The notes: a model not told the origin generated them from the letters alone. DNA of 64,000 nt from a virus (IMGVR_UViG_2561511128_000006:1-64000), one strand, 5' to 3'; positions 48,153-58,281 are shown, counted from the first letter of the stretch. Program-made: numbers and translations.

Positions 48153-49051
48153 ACACGAGCTTCACCAAAAAGCTGCTTGAAGCGCACATCACGCTCGCCG
48201 AGGGCGGCTTCAACACGGCTACCGGGCAAGGTGCGAATACCAAGATCATCCGGCTCGGAATGGATGTGGACATACAGAAGCCCGGCGGGAAAGAGAAGAA
48301 CAAGGCCAAAGTCCGTATCTTCAACCTGCCCCTTGCCGATATGGAGACGCTGACGACGCTGGCGTTCAAGCCGTTGCAGGCGTCGAAAAACCGCATTGCC
48401 GTGTACGCGGGCGATGAAGAGCACGGGATGTCTCTTGCGTTCTCCGGCGATATCGTGAGCGCCGTTCCGAACTTCAATTCCGCCCCTGATCCCTCTTTCG
48501 ATATTGAGTGCATCACGGGATACGTCGCCAGCATCACGCCCGTGCCGCCGTTGACGGCGCAGGGTGCGCAGGACGTTGCCACGCTCATGCAGGGGCTCGC
48601 GAAGCAAATGGGGCTCGCTTTCGTCAACAGGGGCGTGTCCGTTTCCCTTCGCAATGTCGCCCTCGTCGGGGGTCCGATGGAGCAGGCGCAGCAGCTTGCC
48701 CACGATGCCCGCATCGATCTTATCGTGGACGATGGCGAGATGGTCATCTCCCCTCTTGCGACGCTTCGCAGCGATGACGGCGGCTCGACTCCCGTCTGGT
48801 CCGCGAAAAGTGGCATGATTGGCTATCCGAGCTTCGACAACGAAGGCGTGACGGTGAAAGGCATCTACGAGTCGAAGCTCCAGCTTGGCGGCCCGGTGCG
48901 CATTGAGAGCATCGTCCCCCGAGCTTCCGGCCTCTGGCAGATCGTGAGCCTGAGCCACAAATTGCAGGCCGGCTACCCCGGCGCAACGCAGTGGGTAAGC
49001 CAGATCAAGGCAAGCTATCCCGGCGCGAAGCCGAAGAAGGACAAGAAATAA
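48149..49051 (+). CDS. Baseplate hub protein
   Basis: AKVRIFNL, GMIGYPS. Confidence 0.8.
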   Translation: MNTSFTKKLLEAHITLAEGGFNTATGQGANTKIIRLGMDVDIQKPGGKEKNKAKVRIFNLPLADMETLTTLAFKPLQASKNRIAVYAGDEEHGMSLAFSGDIVSAVPNFNSAPDPSFDIECITGYVASITPVPPLTAQGAQDVATLMQGLAKQMGLAFVNRGVSVSLRNVALVGGPMEQAQQLAHDARIDLIVDDGEMVISPLATLRSDDGGSTPVWSAKSGMIGYPSFDNEGVTVKGIYESKLQLGGPVRIESIVPRASGLWQIVSLSHKLQAGYPGATQWVSQIKASYPGAKPKKDKK

Positions 49052-49773
49052 TGCAGGGACAACGCGGCCTCTCGACAAATTCCAGCGAGTACAACGCGCA
49101 GGACTTCATGATCAGCCAGATGCTCGGGCGCATCGCAACGGCGGAACCCGTGCGCGTGGTCGCCGTATCCGGTCCGGGTGTCTCTCCGGTAGGCTTCGTC
49201 GACGTGCAACCCCTCGTCAACTTGGTGACGGGCGAACAGAAGGCGCAGGAGCAGAGCGTGCTCTTCAAGCTCCCGTACTTGCGTATCCAGGGCGGGAAAA
49301 ACGCTCTCGTCATCGACCCGCAGCCGGGCGACATCGGCCTCGCCGTCTACGCCATGCGTGACACGGAATCGCTCAAAGAGAGCCGGGGAGTGGATGGGAC
49401 CGTCAATCCGGGGTCAGCCCGCGCCATGAACAAAGGCGACGGCTTCTATCTCGGAGGCTTCTTAAACGCCGCGCCGGAACGCTATGTGCTGGTCAACGAC
49501 GAGGGCGTCACCATCGAAGGAGTGGCCAAACTGACGATGCACGGGGAAACTTCCGTCCTGACGGCGGAAAATGGCCTCACCATCAACGCCGACGTGCGCA
49601 TCAACGGATCCTTGACGTGGACGGGCACGGCGCAGGGTGATGGCGGCCCGGCCCGGTTCTCCGGCGGACTCACGAACGCGGGAGGGACGGTTGAGAGCAA
49701 CGGTAAGGTCTTGGAAAACCATGTTCATACCGGGGTCGAGCCCGGTTCCGGCATATCCGGACAACCACAGTAA
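49051..49773 (+). CDS. Baseplate central spike (gp138/GpV-like)
   Basis: VDVQPLV, DPQPGDIGL, LENHVHTGV. Confidence 0.85.
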   Translation: MQGQRGLSTNSSEYNAQDFMISQMLGRIATAEPVRVVAVSGPGVSPVGFVDVQPLVNLVTGEQKAQEQSVLFKLPYLRIQGGKNALVIDPQPGDIGLAVYAMRDTESLKESRGVDGTVNPGSARAMNKGDGFYLGGFLNAAPERYVLVNDEGVTIEGVAKLTMHGETSVLTAENGLTINADVRINGSLTWTGTAQGDGGPARFSGGLTNAGGTVESNGKVLENHVHTGVEPGSGISGQPQ

Positions 49774-50558
49774 TGGAGGGTGTTATGCCTGATTTTCAGT
49801 ACCAGCCCCCGACAGGGCCGCTTTCCGGAAGCGAATTCGAGAGACAATCCACACGGTTCTTTCAGCAAGTGCAGGGAGCCGCAGACACAGCACAGTCTAC
49901 CGCAATAGCTGCACAGATCACTGCAAACGAGGCGATCGAGCGAGCTCAAGCCTCAAACCTTGTCGACGGAAAGACCACGCAGGCCGACACGGGCGGCGTG
50001 ATCACCGTGAAAGATGTGGCGATTGGTGGGGATCTCGGGGATCTGGCGAGCGCGCGGGGACAGATTGGTAATTCCAAAACACAGGGGTCGCACGATTTTT
50101 CATCCGGGATGCTCAGTGAAAAACCGGGCATGTACACAGCAATGAACTTTGGTTCCACAAACGTTCCGTTCACTGGGCCTTTTGCAGAAATGATCTTGGG
50201 GACGCCTACATACAGAGGGTCCCTTTTGATAACTTCTGGACGTCATAGTTTCCCCCGCGCCGCTATCAGTGCTATCGATATGGGAGAGGGGGGAGGATTC
50301 AGCGGATACACTCGCCTTATTACCGAACAGCAAATCGGCGACGGACTCACAAACACCAACGGGATCATCTCCGTGCCTGAGTATGACGGCGCGACGGCAT
50401 CGACCGCCGGAACGTCTGGCCTCGTACCGCCCGCAGCCGCCGGGCAAGCCAACTACGTGCTCTGTGGCGATGGAGAATGGCGGGACATAGCGACGCTTGT
50501 CGCCGCTGCGCAGGCTCGGCTTGCCGAATCTGTAAAAGCGGAAGAAGGGGCTTTATGA
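49773..50558 (+). CDS. Tail-fibre-like accessory protein
   Basis: GATASTAGTSGLVPPAAAGQANYVLCGDGEW fibre-type motif. Confidence 0.6.
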   Translation: MEGVMPDFQYQPPTGPLSGSEFERQSTRFFQQVQGAADTAQSTAIAAQITANEAIERAQASNLVDGKTTQADTGGVITVKDVAIGGDLGDLASARGQIGNSKTQGSHDFSSGMLSEKPGMYTAMNFGSTNVPFTGPFAEMILGTPTYRGSLLITSGRHSFPRAAISAIDMGEGGGFSGYTRLITEQQIGDGLTNTNGIISVPEYDGATASTAGTSGLVPPAAAGQANYVLCGDGEWRDIATLVAAAQARLAESVKAEEGAL

Positions 50559-50989
50559 ATTTCCGAGCGGTTCTGAATATCCGCGCGCTGTCTAATATTC
50601 GTGATGAAGTGCAAGCAACTGCCGAAGTGGTAGATTCGGGGCTCCTATCATTACGTCTTAATGGACAGTGGGATTTGACGCTCTCCGTAGGGGGCAATCT
50701 TGCTTCGGCAGGGGGGACTATGCGCATCGTGCAGGATGTCGCATCGTATGTACACACATTCCAAGGAGAACCGTACTACGCGCAGCAAGACGGAATCCCG
50801 TACTTCATGCGCGAGCTTGGTTCCCTCCCTCCCGCCGAGCTCGTGCGGGCGCGCTCGAATGCCCGTGCGCTTGAAGTCCCCGGCGTAGCGCAGGCTGATA
50901 CGCAGCTTTCTCGGCTTGAAAAACGCATCTTGAGCGGGACGATCCGCATCACCACGGAAACGGGGGAAACCGCAGATGTCGCAGTCTAG
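50555..50989 (+). CDS. Baseplate wedge protein (gp25-like)
   Basis: QDVASYVHTFQGEPYY...GIPYF. Confidence 0.75.
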   Translation: MNFRAVLNIRALSNIRDEVQATAEVVDSGLLSLRLNGQWDLTLSVGGNLASAGGTMRIVQDVASYVHTFQGEPYYAQQDGIPYFMRELGSLPPAELVRARSNARALEVPGVAQADTQLSRLEKRILSGTIRITTETGETADVAV

Positions 50990-52229
50990 CATCGATTTTA
51001 CCGAAAACGGCCCGGTCGTCCCCGATACCGCGACCGTTCGGGACACTGTCGAAACGAATTGGCAGGCGGCATTCGACAATCGGCTGAACCCGGATCCGGC
51101 TACGCCGCAGGGACAGCTCATTGCCTCAGAAACGGCTATCGTGCAGGACAAGAACAGCCAACTTTTGTTCCTCGCGAATATGTTCAACCCCGAGACTGCG
51201 GAGGGTATCTATCAAGACGCGCTCGCCAAAATCTACTTCCTGACCAGGCAGCCTGCACGCTCCACAGTTGTTCCGTGTGTCTGTACGGGGCTTCCCGGTA
51301 CAGTCATTCCCGGCATCGGCAGCGACGCCCCGGCGCTCGCGAAAGATGCGGACGGGAATGTTTTGATCTGCCAGACAGGAGGCACGATCCCGCAGTCCGG
51401 CAGCATCGTTTTGGAGTTCGCCTGTCAGGTTCCGGGGCCGATTGAAATCCGGCAGGGAACCGTGACTACGATTGTACGTACCATCCCCGGGTGGGATACG
51501 ATCACAAACGCCGATGGGATCACCGGACAAAACGTCGAGAGCCGGGCCGCGTTCGAGTCCCGGCGCTACGCCAGCGTCGCGAAGAACGCCCGGAGCGTCG
51601 CCGCCGCCGTCTATGCCAACGTCGGCGATCTGGATGGCGTGCTTGATGTCTGTGTGCGCGAGAACAAAACCAGCGCGCCGCTTGAAGTGCAGGGCGTTAC
51701 GCTCAAGCCGCACTCAATCTATGTGGCGGTCGTCGGCAGCGCGACGGATAGTGATATTGCTGAGGCCATTTACGCCCGTTGTTCAGCCGGATGTGATTAC
51801 AACGGCAACACCAGCGTCACTGTGACCGATCCGGTAACCGGAGCGGTCGAGACGGTACTCTTTGAGCGCCCGGAATCGCTCCCGGTGGGCATTCAGGTGA
51901 CTATCCGCAAAAATGCCTCAATGCCGAGCAACGTCGAAGAACTCATCAAAACCGCCGTTGTCGCCGAATTCTACGGAGAAACCGCTGATGCCTGCGGAAA
52001 TACGGGCCAGCGCGTTCATATCGGGGATACGGTGTATGCAAGCCGCTTTTATTCCGCCGTGCTCGGAACGGGCGTCACCGACTTGGTGAGTATCGAAATC
52101 GCGGCGCCCGTCGGTGAAGGTTCGCCAACGTGGGGCGACTACATCACCATTAATATAGATGAAGCCCCCACGCTCGTCTCCGACAACGTCACGGTGAACA
52201 TTTTTGAGGCGAGGCCAGGCCGTGGATAA
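50976..52229 (+). CDS. Baseplate J/gp47 protein
   Basis: TPQGQLI, GIYQDALAKIYFL.R, LKPHSIYVAV.G. Confidence 0.9.
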   Translation: MSQSSIDFTENGPVVPDTATVRDTVETNWQAAFDNRLNPDPATPQGQLIASETAIVQDKNSQLLFLANMFNPETAEGIYQDALAKIYFLTRQPARSTVVPCVCTGLPGTVIPGIGSDAPALAKDADGNVLICQTGGTIPQSGSIVLEFACQVPGPIEIRQGTVTTIVRTIPGWDTITNADGITGQNVESRAAFESRRYASVAKNARSVAAAVYANVGDLDGVLDVCVRENKTSAPLEVQGVTLKPHSIYVAVVGSATDSDIAEAIYARCSAGCDYNGNTSVTVTDPVTGAVETVLFERPESLPVGIQVTIRKNASMPSNVEELIKTAVVAEFYGETADACGNTGQRVHIGDTVYASRFYSAVLGTGVTDLVSIEIAAPVGEGSPTWGDYITINIDEAPTLVSDNVTVNIFEARPGRG

Positions 52230-52887
52230 CTGGCGCGAAACGATACTTTCGCAGTACGACAACTCTGAACGGTTGCTGGCGCTCATCGAATCGATGAATA
52301 CCGCCATTGAGCCCACGGCTGATATTGCGGCGTTCTATGAGGCCGTCTTTGACCCTGAAACGGCGGTCGGATGGGGGCTTGACGTGTGGGGGCACATCGT
52401 TGCCATTCCGCGCACGATTTCAGTGGATGCAACGGGCATCAAACCGTTCGGTTTTGCGGGGGCAAACCTCAGCAACTTCGGGCACGGCCCGTTTGCATAT
52501 GAGAGCAAATCGAACACGTTCATACTTCAAGATAACGCATATCATCTTTTGATCTGGATGAAAGCAGCTTCGAACATCACCGACGGCAGCCTCCTAGATT
52601 TGAACAAGATCGTTCATTGGCTTTTCTCGGATCGCGGTCATATTGCCGTCGTGCATGTCGGAACGATGAAAATACGCTACGTTATCGGCTTCAAGCTCCA
52701 GCCATACGAGCGTGCGCTTCTCCTGCGCGATGACGTTCCCCCAAAGCCTGCGGGCGTCGGCTATGACGTCTATCAAGTCATCCCGAAACATACCTTCGGT
52801 TTCGCCGGATCCGGCGGTCAGAATTTCAACAACGGCGTTTTTCAGCCGTATGGAGGCCCTGTAGATGCCTATTCCCTCGACTCCTAG
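52222..52887 (+). CDS. Baseplate wedge protein (DUF2612)
   Basis: TILSQYDNS, GWGLDVWG.IV, PKPAGV. Confidence 0.85.
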   Translation: MDNWRETILSQYDNSERLLALIESMNTAIEPTADIAAFYEAVFDPETAVGWGLDVWGHIVAIPRTISVDATGIKPFGFAGANLSNFGHGPFAYESKSNTFILQDNAYHLLIWMKAASNITDGSLLDLNKIVHWLFSDRGHIAVVHVGTMKIRYVIGFKLQPYERALLLRDDVPPKPAGVGYDVYQVIPKHTFGFAGSGGQNFNNGVFQPYGGPVDAYSLDS

Positions 52888-54151
52888 CATCATGCCCAAC
52901 GTCTTGGGATATGCAGCGGATACCGTGCAGATCCCTGAGACGACCCCGACAGGTCAAGGTATTCCTTCTTTCCGGGATCTCTTTCCGTTCATCACGCAGG
53001 TCGACCCGGACGCGGGCGGCGTCATGGTTGAAAGAGCGTGGATGAACGCGCTTTTCAACTTGCTTGGTCAACACGCCTTTTTCCAACAATCCGGATGCGT
53101 CTACCCGTGGCAAGCTACGCTGAACTATATCGCAGGCTCTCATGTTAAAGGAAGTGATGATGTCGAGTACATCGCGTTGCAACCTTCCGGGCCAGATGTA
53201 TCGGGAACTGGAGCAAAAGACCCTGCACAGCAAGCAAACCGCGCGTACTGGGTTTCGCTTGCATCTTTTGTCTCCGGCGACTTTGTTCCAGATTCGCGGC
53301 GGGTCATCGCCGGAACGGGGCTCACTGGCGGCGGGCCGCTCTCCGCTGACGTGACTCTCGCGGCGAAGCTGACCGACAGCGTGAGCTCGACAGATTCGAC
53401 GACGGCTGCATCGGCAACTGCTGTCAAGACTGCATACGATGCCGCACAGTCCAAATTGCCCCTGTCCGGCGGGACGGTGACCGGCAATCTTTCGATCAAG
53501 AATATGCTTGATACCATCGGGACTGCGCCAGCTACGGAGCAAGAACTTGGGCTGTACAATCTCGATAAAAATGGCAATATCATGGGAGGCCATGATTTTG
53601 TACATAGTACGGGGAACCTTAAAGTTTCTCAGATGTATGCTCGAAACAGTAACGGGTTGATCTCTTCGCTTGGCGTTTACGTCTCAGAAGACGGAATGCG
53701 GTATACGTTGTCGTCACACGATTTAGTCTTGACGAGCGATGTCAGAATTAGTCGGTTATTTGCTGATAATGTTAGACTGATAGTCTTTTCCGGAAATGTC
53801 TCCAATGCTGGCTATGCTATGCGTTACTCTCCGGACACCGGAGAACTCTATCTTGACGGTAGGGCGGTTCACGGAAAGGCAGATACTGCTGGGAACGCTG
53901 ATACTGCAAACTATGCAAACAGCGCAGGGTCAGCTCTGATAGCCGCTCCAGCCGTGCAATGGGTCGTCAATCTCTCAGGTCCGCAAATCACCGTGCCGTC
54001 CGGTGGTACATATAATGTCGTGTGTATCTGCTTCAACGACAGTGGCGGCAAAGGCGCTGTGAAGCACTACCCCAATACTGCCGGGGGCACAGTCATCCAG
54101 AACGCACCCACAGACTACATGGTCGCCGGGCTTTGTGCTCGTGTTGCATAA
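52865..54151 (+). CDS. Tail fibre protein
   Basis: IAGTGLTGGGPLSADVTL, AASATAVKTAYD. Confidence 0.85.
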   Translation: MPIPSTPSIMPNVLGYAADTVQIPETTPTGQGIPSFRDLFPFITQVDPDAGGVMVERAWMNALFNLLGQHAFFQQSGCVYPWQATLNYIAGSHVKGSDDVEYIALQPSGPDVSGTGAKDPAQQANRAYWVSLASFVSGDFVPDSRRVIAGTGLTGGGPLSADVTLAAKLTDSVSSTDSTTAASATAVKTAYDAAQSKLPLSGGTVTGNLSIKNMLDTIGTAPATEQELGLYNLDKNGNIMGGHDFVHSTGNLKVSQMYARNSNGLISSLGVYVSEDGMRYTLSSHDLVLTSDVRISRLFADNVRLIVFSGNVSNAGYAMRYSPDTGELYLDGRAVHGKADTAGNADTANYANSAGSALIAAPAVQWVVNLSGPQITVPSGGTYNVVCICFNDSGGKGAVKHYPNTAGGTVIQNAPTDYMVAGLCARVA

Positions 54152-54163
54152 AAAGAGGGTAAA

Positions 54164-54565
54164 ATGATTGATTTTTCGCATATTATCCACCGAACCGTTG
54201 ACGATTCATACGTTATTACAAAGAACGGGAAACTATACCACGTCTATCCCTATGCCGCCGAGTTCGCGGAGGAATGGGACGCCGTGTTCGCCTACGCCGA
54301 GGCGCATCCCGAATGCGTGACTGAGGAACAGCCGTACACGCCGCCCATACCGACGACCGAAGAACTCGCGGCTAGCGTACGCGCCGAGCGTGATAGGCGC
54401 ATTACCGCAACCGATTACCTTGTCATGCTGGACTATCCTCTTGATACTGACAAGCTTGAAGAGATCAAGGTCTATCGGCAAGCGCTCCGCGATTTGCCGC
54501 AACAGCCGGGATTTCCGTGGAATGGGCCGGATGATCCGGCGTGTCCGTGGCCTGTAGAGCCGTGA
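54164..54565 (+). CDS. Tail fibre assembly chaperone
   Basis: VRAERDRRI..TDY...YRQALRDLPQQ.GFP. Confidence 0.85.
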   Translation: MIDFSHIIHRTVDDSYVITKNGKLYHVYPYAAEFAEEWDAVFAYAEAHPECVTEEQPYTPPIPTTEELAASVRAERDRRITATDYLVMLDYPLDTDKLEEIKVYRQALRDLPQQPGFPWNGPDDPACPWPVEP

Positions 54566-54617
54566 TTTGCAAAAATCGTAGGCATGGCTAGACTCTTTAG
54601 AAACAAGGAGGAAGGTC

Positions 54618-54848
54618 ATGCCACTACCCATGCCCGAAGAAGAGGAAAACTTGCGTTGCCCACACGGTGAGCGCGTTCAAGCCCTGATGCTGTGTTCTCT
54701 GGATTGTGCCGTGTCGGGGGCACATCCCGACAGAAAGGCAAAAGCCGATGGTCGGTTCATCATCACGCCGTGGTGGTGCCTGAACAAATGCAGGTGGCTG
54801 CCTGAGCACCGGGATGAGATCCGATTCGTGGCGAAAAAGCCGGATTGA
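54618..54848 (+). CDS. Small Cys-rich moron protein
   Basis: AAGGAGG RBS, upstream TTGCAA..TAGACT, downstream hairpin 54857-54912. Confidence 0.65.
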   Translation: MPLPMPEEEENLRCPHGERVQALMLCSLDCAVSGAHPDRKAKADGRFIITPWWCLNKCRWLPEHRDEIRFVAKKPD

Positions 54849-54910
54849 AGACACAAAAAATCCCCCTCCCATGTTCTGCCCCTGATGAGGCATATTATGA
54901 GAGGGGGATT

Positions 54911-54936
54911 TTCTATACGTGATTCTATGCGTGATT
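54911..54936 (+). repeat. Tandem 12-mers, putative integrase arm sites
   Basis: TTCTAT(A/G)CGTGA x2, ~90 bp from the att core. Confidence 0.55.
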
Positions 54937-55026
54937 TACTTTGTGTAGATGTTTGGTGTATACCAGTTTGTACCGTAATATCCTTTGTTTTTAGCTAAAT
55001 GCGTATGTATAGATACCCATGCACAA

Positions 55027-55085
55027 GATTGGAAATCGTGTGTACTCAAAAGGTACCGGGAGTTCGAATCTCCCCCTCTCCGCCA
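55027..55085 (+). tRNA. 3' half of tRNA-Ser(GGA) only (att duplication, not an intact gene)
   Basis: GA-TTGGAAA-TCGTG anticodon arm, long variable arm, GGGAG-TTCGAAT-CTCCC, CCTCTCC-GCCA; no GGAGAGG 5' acceptor strand upstream. Confidence 0.88.
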
Positions 55086-55212
55086 TTAGAAGTAATTTCA
55101 AGTGCCGCCAAGCATCATTAAGTGCTTGGCGGCACTTCTTTTTTGCCCCTTTCAGGGGCTTTTTTCGTGTTGCCGAATGCCGTTGAGTGAAGTTGACAGC
55201 CGCGATTTTTTT

Positions 55213-55259
55213 GGGGCAACAATAGGGGCAACTATCTACTATACCCATGGAGTTGCCCC
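55213..55259 (+). repeat. Putative arm-type sites of the P4-like integrase
   Basis: GGGGCAAC at 55213 and 55225; inverted GTTGCCCC at 55252. Confidence 0.6.
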
Positions 55260-55260
55260 A

Positions 55261-56439
55261 ATGCCTCTGACAGATACGCGGATCAAAGCAGCCAAGCCCA
55301 CGGATAAGGTCTACAAGATTTATGATGCCGAAGGGTTGTACATTGAAGTCCCGCCGAACGGCAGCAAGCGGTGGCGGTTCAAATACAGGATAAACGGCAA
55401 AGAAAAACGGATCAGCCTCGGTATCTATCCCGAGATTGGTTTAAAGGATGCGCGGGAAAAACGTGATGAAGCCCGAAGGCAGGTTGCGGCGGGCCGGGAC
55501 CCCAGCGTCATAAAAAACAAGACTGCATATGCGGAGAAAACCTTTCAGCACATAGCCGACGAATGGGTTGCGCTTCATCGGGCAACATGGGCTCCGCGTC
55601 ATACGGAAACGGTCGAGCAAAGGCTGAGAAGCTACATTTATCCGGAACTTGGCAATGTCCCTTTGAAGGACATTACCCCGATTGAAGTCCTGAGCGTGAT
55701 CAAGGCGATTGAAAAGAGGGGAGCTTTGGAGGCGGCCCGCAGGACACTCGCGATCTGCTCGCAGGTTTTTCGATATGGAGTCGCTTCGGCACTTATCCCC
55801 AGTGACCCCTGTCGGGACCTTAGGGGAGCACTTGCGCCACGGGAAGAGGGGCATTTTCCGGCATTGGTGGATCGGGATGGCGCAACGGCAGTGATGCGGG
55901 CGATCCATCATTATAAAGGATCGGCTGTTGTCCGATTGGCGTTGCGTGTGCAGGCTCTGACCTTCGTACGCCCCGGCGAGTTGCGGTGGGCGAAGTGGCC
56001 GGAGTTCGATATGGCGGGTGCGCTCTGGGTGATTCCCGCAGAGCGCATGAAGATGAAGCGGGAACACTGGGTTCCCTTGTCAAGGCAGGTATTGGAGATT
56101 CTGGAGGAGCTGCATGAGATCACAGGTCATCGGGAGTACCTGTTCCCGTCGATGCGGGCGAGAAAGGATGTGCCCATTTCTGAGAACACGCTCAACGCAG
56201 CACTCAAGAGTTTGGGCTTTGACGGCATCCATGTGGCGCACGGTTTTCGGGCGATGGCTTCAAGCCTTCTGAATGAAATGGGCTGGCGCCCGGATGTCAT
56301 CGAGCGCCAGCTTTCGCATGTTGAAGAAAACAAGGTGCGTGCAGCGTACAACCGGGCGGAGTACATTACCGAGCGCCGCCAAATGATGCAGGCTTGGTCT
56401 GATTTTCTCGTTGGGTTGGCTTCCACTTCCCCGCAATAA
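55261..56439 (+). CDS. int: P4-family tyrosine integrase, intact
   Basis: MPLTDTRIKAAKP arm domain, FVRPGEL, HGFRAMAS, IERQLSH, RAAYNR. Confidence 0.95.
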   Translation: MPLTDTRIKAAKPTDKVYKIYDAEGLYIEVPPNGSKRWRFKYRINGKEKRISLGIYPEIGLKDAREKRDEARRQVAAGRDPSVIKNKTAYAEKTFQHIADEWVALHRATWAPRHTETVEQRLRSYIYPELGNVPLKDITPIEVLSVIKAIEKRGALEAARRTLAICSQVFRYGVASALIPSDPCRDLRGALAPREEGHFPALVDRDGATAVMRAIHHYKGSAVVRLALRVQALTFVRPGELRWAKWPEFDMAGALWVIPAERMKMKREHWVPLSRQVLEILEELHEITGHREYLFPSMRARKDVPISENTLNAALKSLGFDGIHVAHGFRAMASSLLNEMGWRPDVIERQLSHVEENKVRAAYNRAEYITERRQMMQAWSDFLVGLASTSPQ

Positions 56440-56593
56440 AAGCGTTGATGTCAGATTCCCTCCAGAACCGGCACCGCCCCTTCTTTTGGGATTGCGGTGC
56501 CCTTCCTTCCTGTGACCACTTCCGCCACGTTGAGGAAACCACGCCTACACGACCGATGAAATCCTTGAGCTTCAAAAGGCGATCTTCTGCCAT
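56366..56593 (-). CDS. alpA: AlpA-family excisionase/regulator
   Basis: RLLKLKD...FWRESDINAFI. Confidence 0.8.
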   Translation of the reverse strand: MAEDRLLKLKDFIGRVGVVSSTWRKWSQEGRAPQSQKKGRCRFWRESDINAFIAGKWKPTQRENQTKPASFGGAR

Positions 56594-56667
56594 ATCAAGT
56601 CGTCTCCAGATGAAGCAAGCTCATGCACGCTCCGTCTTGTGAAGGTAAAAGAGGGCATGAACTCCAA

Positions 56668-57060
56668 TTACAGCCCCATGACACCGGGAACGCCGACCCG
56701 GTGGAAGGTATTCATGAGCAGAGCATCCATCACGTCCGCGACATCTCCGGCGTCGACGTCGGTTGAACATTGGCCAGCTGCGTGCATGATGCTTTTGAAC
56801 GATACCAGAGGGGAAAGGGCTCCTTCCAGTTCGTCCCGCCGCATGGATACAGTATCCGCCGCCGCTTTTTGCAGGTTCGCGATCCGGCGCGCTTCGTTGC
56901 CAGCGGCATAGGCGACATTCCATGCAGGGGATTCTCCTGGGATGGCATTGGGCTTTTCCATTTTTAGCGCATCCATCTCTTCATCAGCGAGCCGTTCGGC
57001 CATCGTCACGATCCGGCTTGCTCCGTCAAGGGAATGGGTTTCCAGAGTGCTTTTGTGCAT
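56668..57060 (-). CDS. Hypothetical protein
   Basis: AAGGA RBS; first gene after the pL-like site. Confidence 0.65.
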   Translation of the reverse strand: MHKSTLETHSLDGASRIVTMAERLADEEMDALKMEKPNAIPGESPAWNVAYAAGNEARRIANLQKAAADTVSMRRDELEGALSPLVSFKSIMHAAGQCSTDVDAGDVADVMDALLMNTFHRVGVPGVMGL

Positions 57061-57258
57061 GGCGGCTGTCCTTTGCTTGAGTGGTGAAAATCGTCAATCC
57101 CTGACCTCATTCCCTGCCGTCGCTTGCTTTCCCGCTCCCGTGGGCTTGCGGCTTGCCGTGCTTGGTACTTGTTGAGGCTGCGTTTGCGGCACTTCAAGGC
57201 TACTATTCCGGTCCGGGGACGCGTACTTTTCGACTCGTGCCGTTTGGCAAAATCAATA

Positions 57259-57272
57259 TTGCCAAATGTCAA
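57259..57272 (-). promoter_or_regulatory. Operator/pL-like site of element 3
   Basis: TTGCCAAATGTCAA, 1 mismatch to TTGAC-N4-GTCAA; contains TTGACA on the minus strand. Confidence 0.6.
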
Positions 57273-57347
57273 AATTAAAAGCAAGTAAAAATTGACAAAA
57301 AGAAAAATTACACAGAATCCTCACCTTGCAATATTGACAAACAGCAC

Positions 57348-57390
57348 AAACGAAAGGGCCTGAAACCGGAAGGTATCGGCCCTTTCGTTT
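57348..57390 (-). terminator. Terminator after BRO-Rha
   Basis: AAACGAAAGGGCC/GGCCCTTTCGTTT, 13-bp inverted repeat. Confidence 0.75.
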
Positions 57391-57396
57391 TAACGG

Positions 57397-58281
57397 TTAT
57401 GCGAGCTTGCGCAGTGCGAGCGCGGCCTGGAGCGATGACTGCGCCAGCCCGAGGCTGTACCAGGCGGCGTTGATGTGGTGTTTGATGGCCTTCTCGACTT
57501 CAAACGGAACCGAGCCGATGCCGCTCAGTTCCCTGCGCACGGTGATATGCGTCCAGTTTTCAGTACCGTCGAGGGCGAAGAGGGCTTTTTCGATGTCGGC
57601 GAACAGGCGTTCCGTGGCGGGGAGGCCGGGGAGCCTTTGGGGAACGGGGCGGCGGGTGACGACTTCCGGCACGGTGGACAGGGTGTCCAGAATGTTCCGC
57701 CATGCGTCCGTCTGGCGGGCAGCGTAGCTCTGGGAGAGGAAGATGATCCCCTCGCGGGAAACCATATACTGCGGGCAGCGCTGGCCCTTGGCGTCTACAT
57801 AGTTCCCCCTGACGAAAGCGTCCCGTTGCGGGCAGACGGCGGCGGCGCGGCTTATGGCGTCGAGCACGGTGGAGTGGCGCTTATGCAGCTCTCCGGCGAT
57901 GGTGCGGGAGGAGATGCGGGAGAGGGTGCCTGTGGGTGGCGTCTGGGCATCGACGGGCACCCTGTCGCCGTACCGTTCGATGACGTCGAGAACCCACTTG
58001 CGGAACGCCTTGGCGACGGGTGTCCGGGCGAACATGGCGAGGAGGTGGCAGCCGCGGAGGGAGAAGATGCGGGTCATGACGGGAATTCCCGTGGTACTCG
58101 AATTGATGACCACGCTCATATCATTGGAAAATTCATCTTCATTGCGGCGGTAAATATTGGCAACCGCCTTTTCGGAAGAATATCCCAAGGCACGGGCAAG
58201 TTCAGAAGACTTGAACCAAGGCTGGTTGTCGCGGGTGACGGGGGAGAAGGTGAACTCATTGAAGCAGAGGGCTTGTGACAT
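57397..58281 (-). CDS. BRO-N + Rha domain antirepressor
   Basis: N-terminus paralogous to 34969-35895; ISSRTIAGELHKRHSTVLDAI...YVDAKGQRCPQY (Rha). Confidence 0.88.
   Translation of the reverse strand: MSQALCFNEFTFSPVTRDNQPWFKSSELARALGYSSEKAVANIYRRNEDEFSNDMSVVINSSTTGIPVMTRIFSLRGCHLLAMFARTPVAKAFRKWVLDVIERYGDRVPVDAQTPPTGTLSRISSRTIAGELHKRHSTVLDAISRAAAVCPQRDAFVRGNYVDAKGQRCPQYMVSREGIIFLSQSYAARQTDAWRNILDTLSTVPEVVTRRPVPQRLPGLPATERLFADIEKALFALDGTENWTHITVRRELSGIGSVPFEVEKAIKHHINAAWYSLGLAQSSLQAALALRKLA

Noticed and set aside
52865-54565. DGR or invertible tail-fibre system
   Set aside because: No reverse transcriptase, TR/VR duplicate, invertase or inverted crossover sites seen.
55027-55085. Functional tRNA-Ser gene
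   Set aside because: The 5' acceptor strand and D-arm are absent; only the att-duplicated 3' half is present.
55102-55260. N-terminal extension of the P4-type integrase in the ORF track
   Set aside because: It runs through att and arm repeats; family homology begins at MPLTD (55261).
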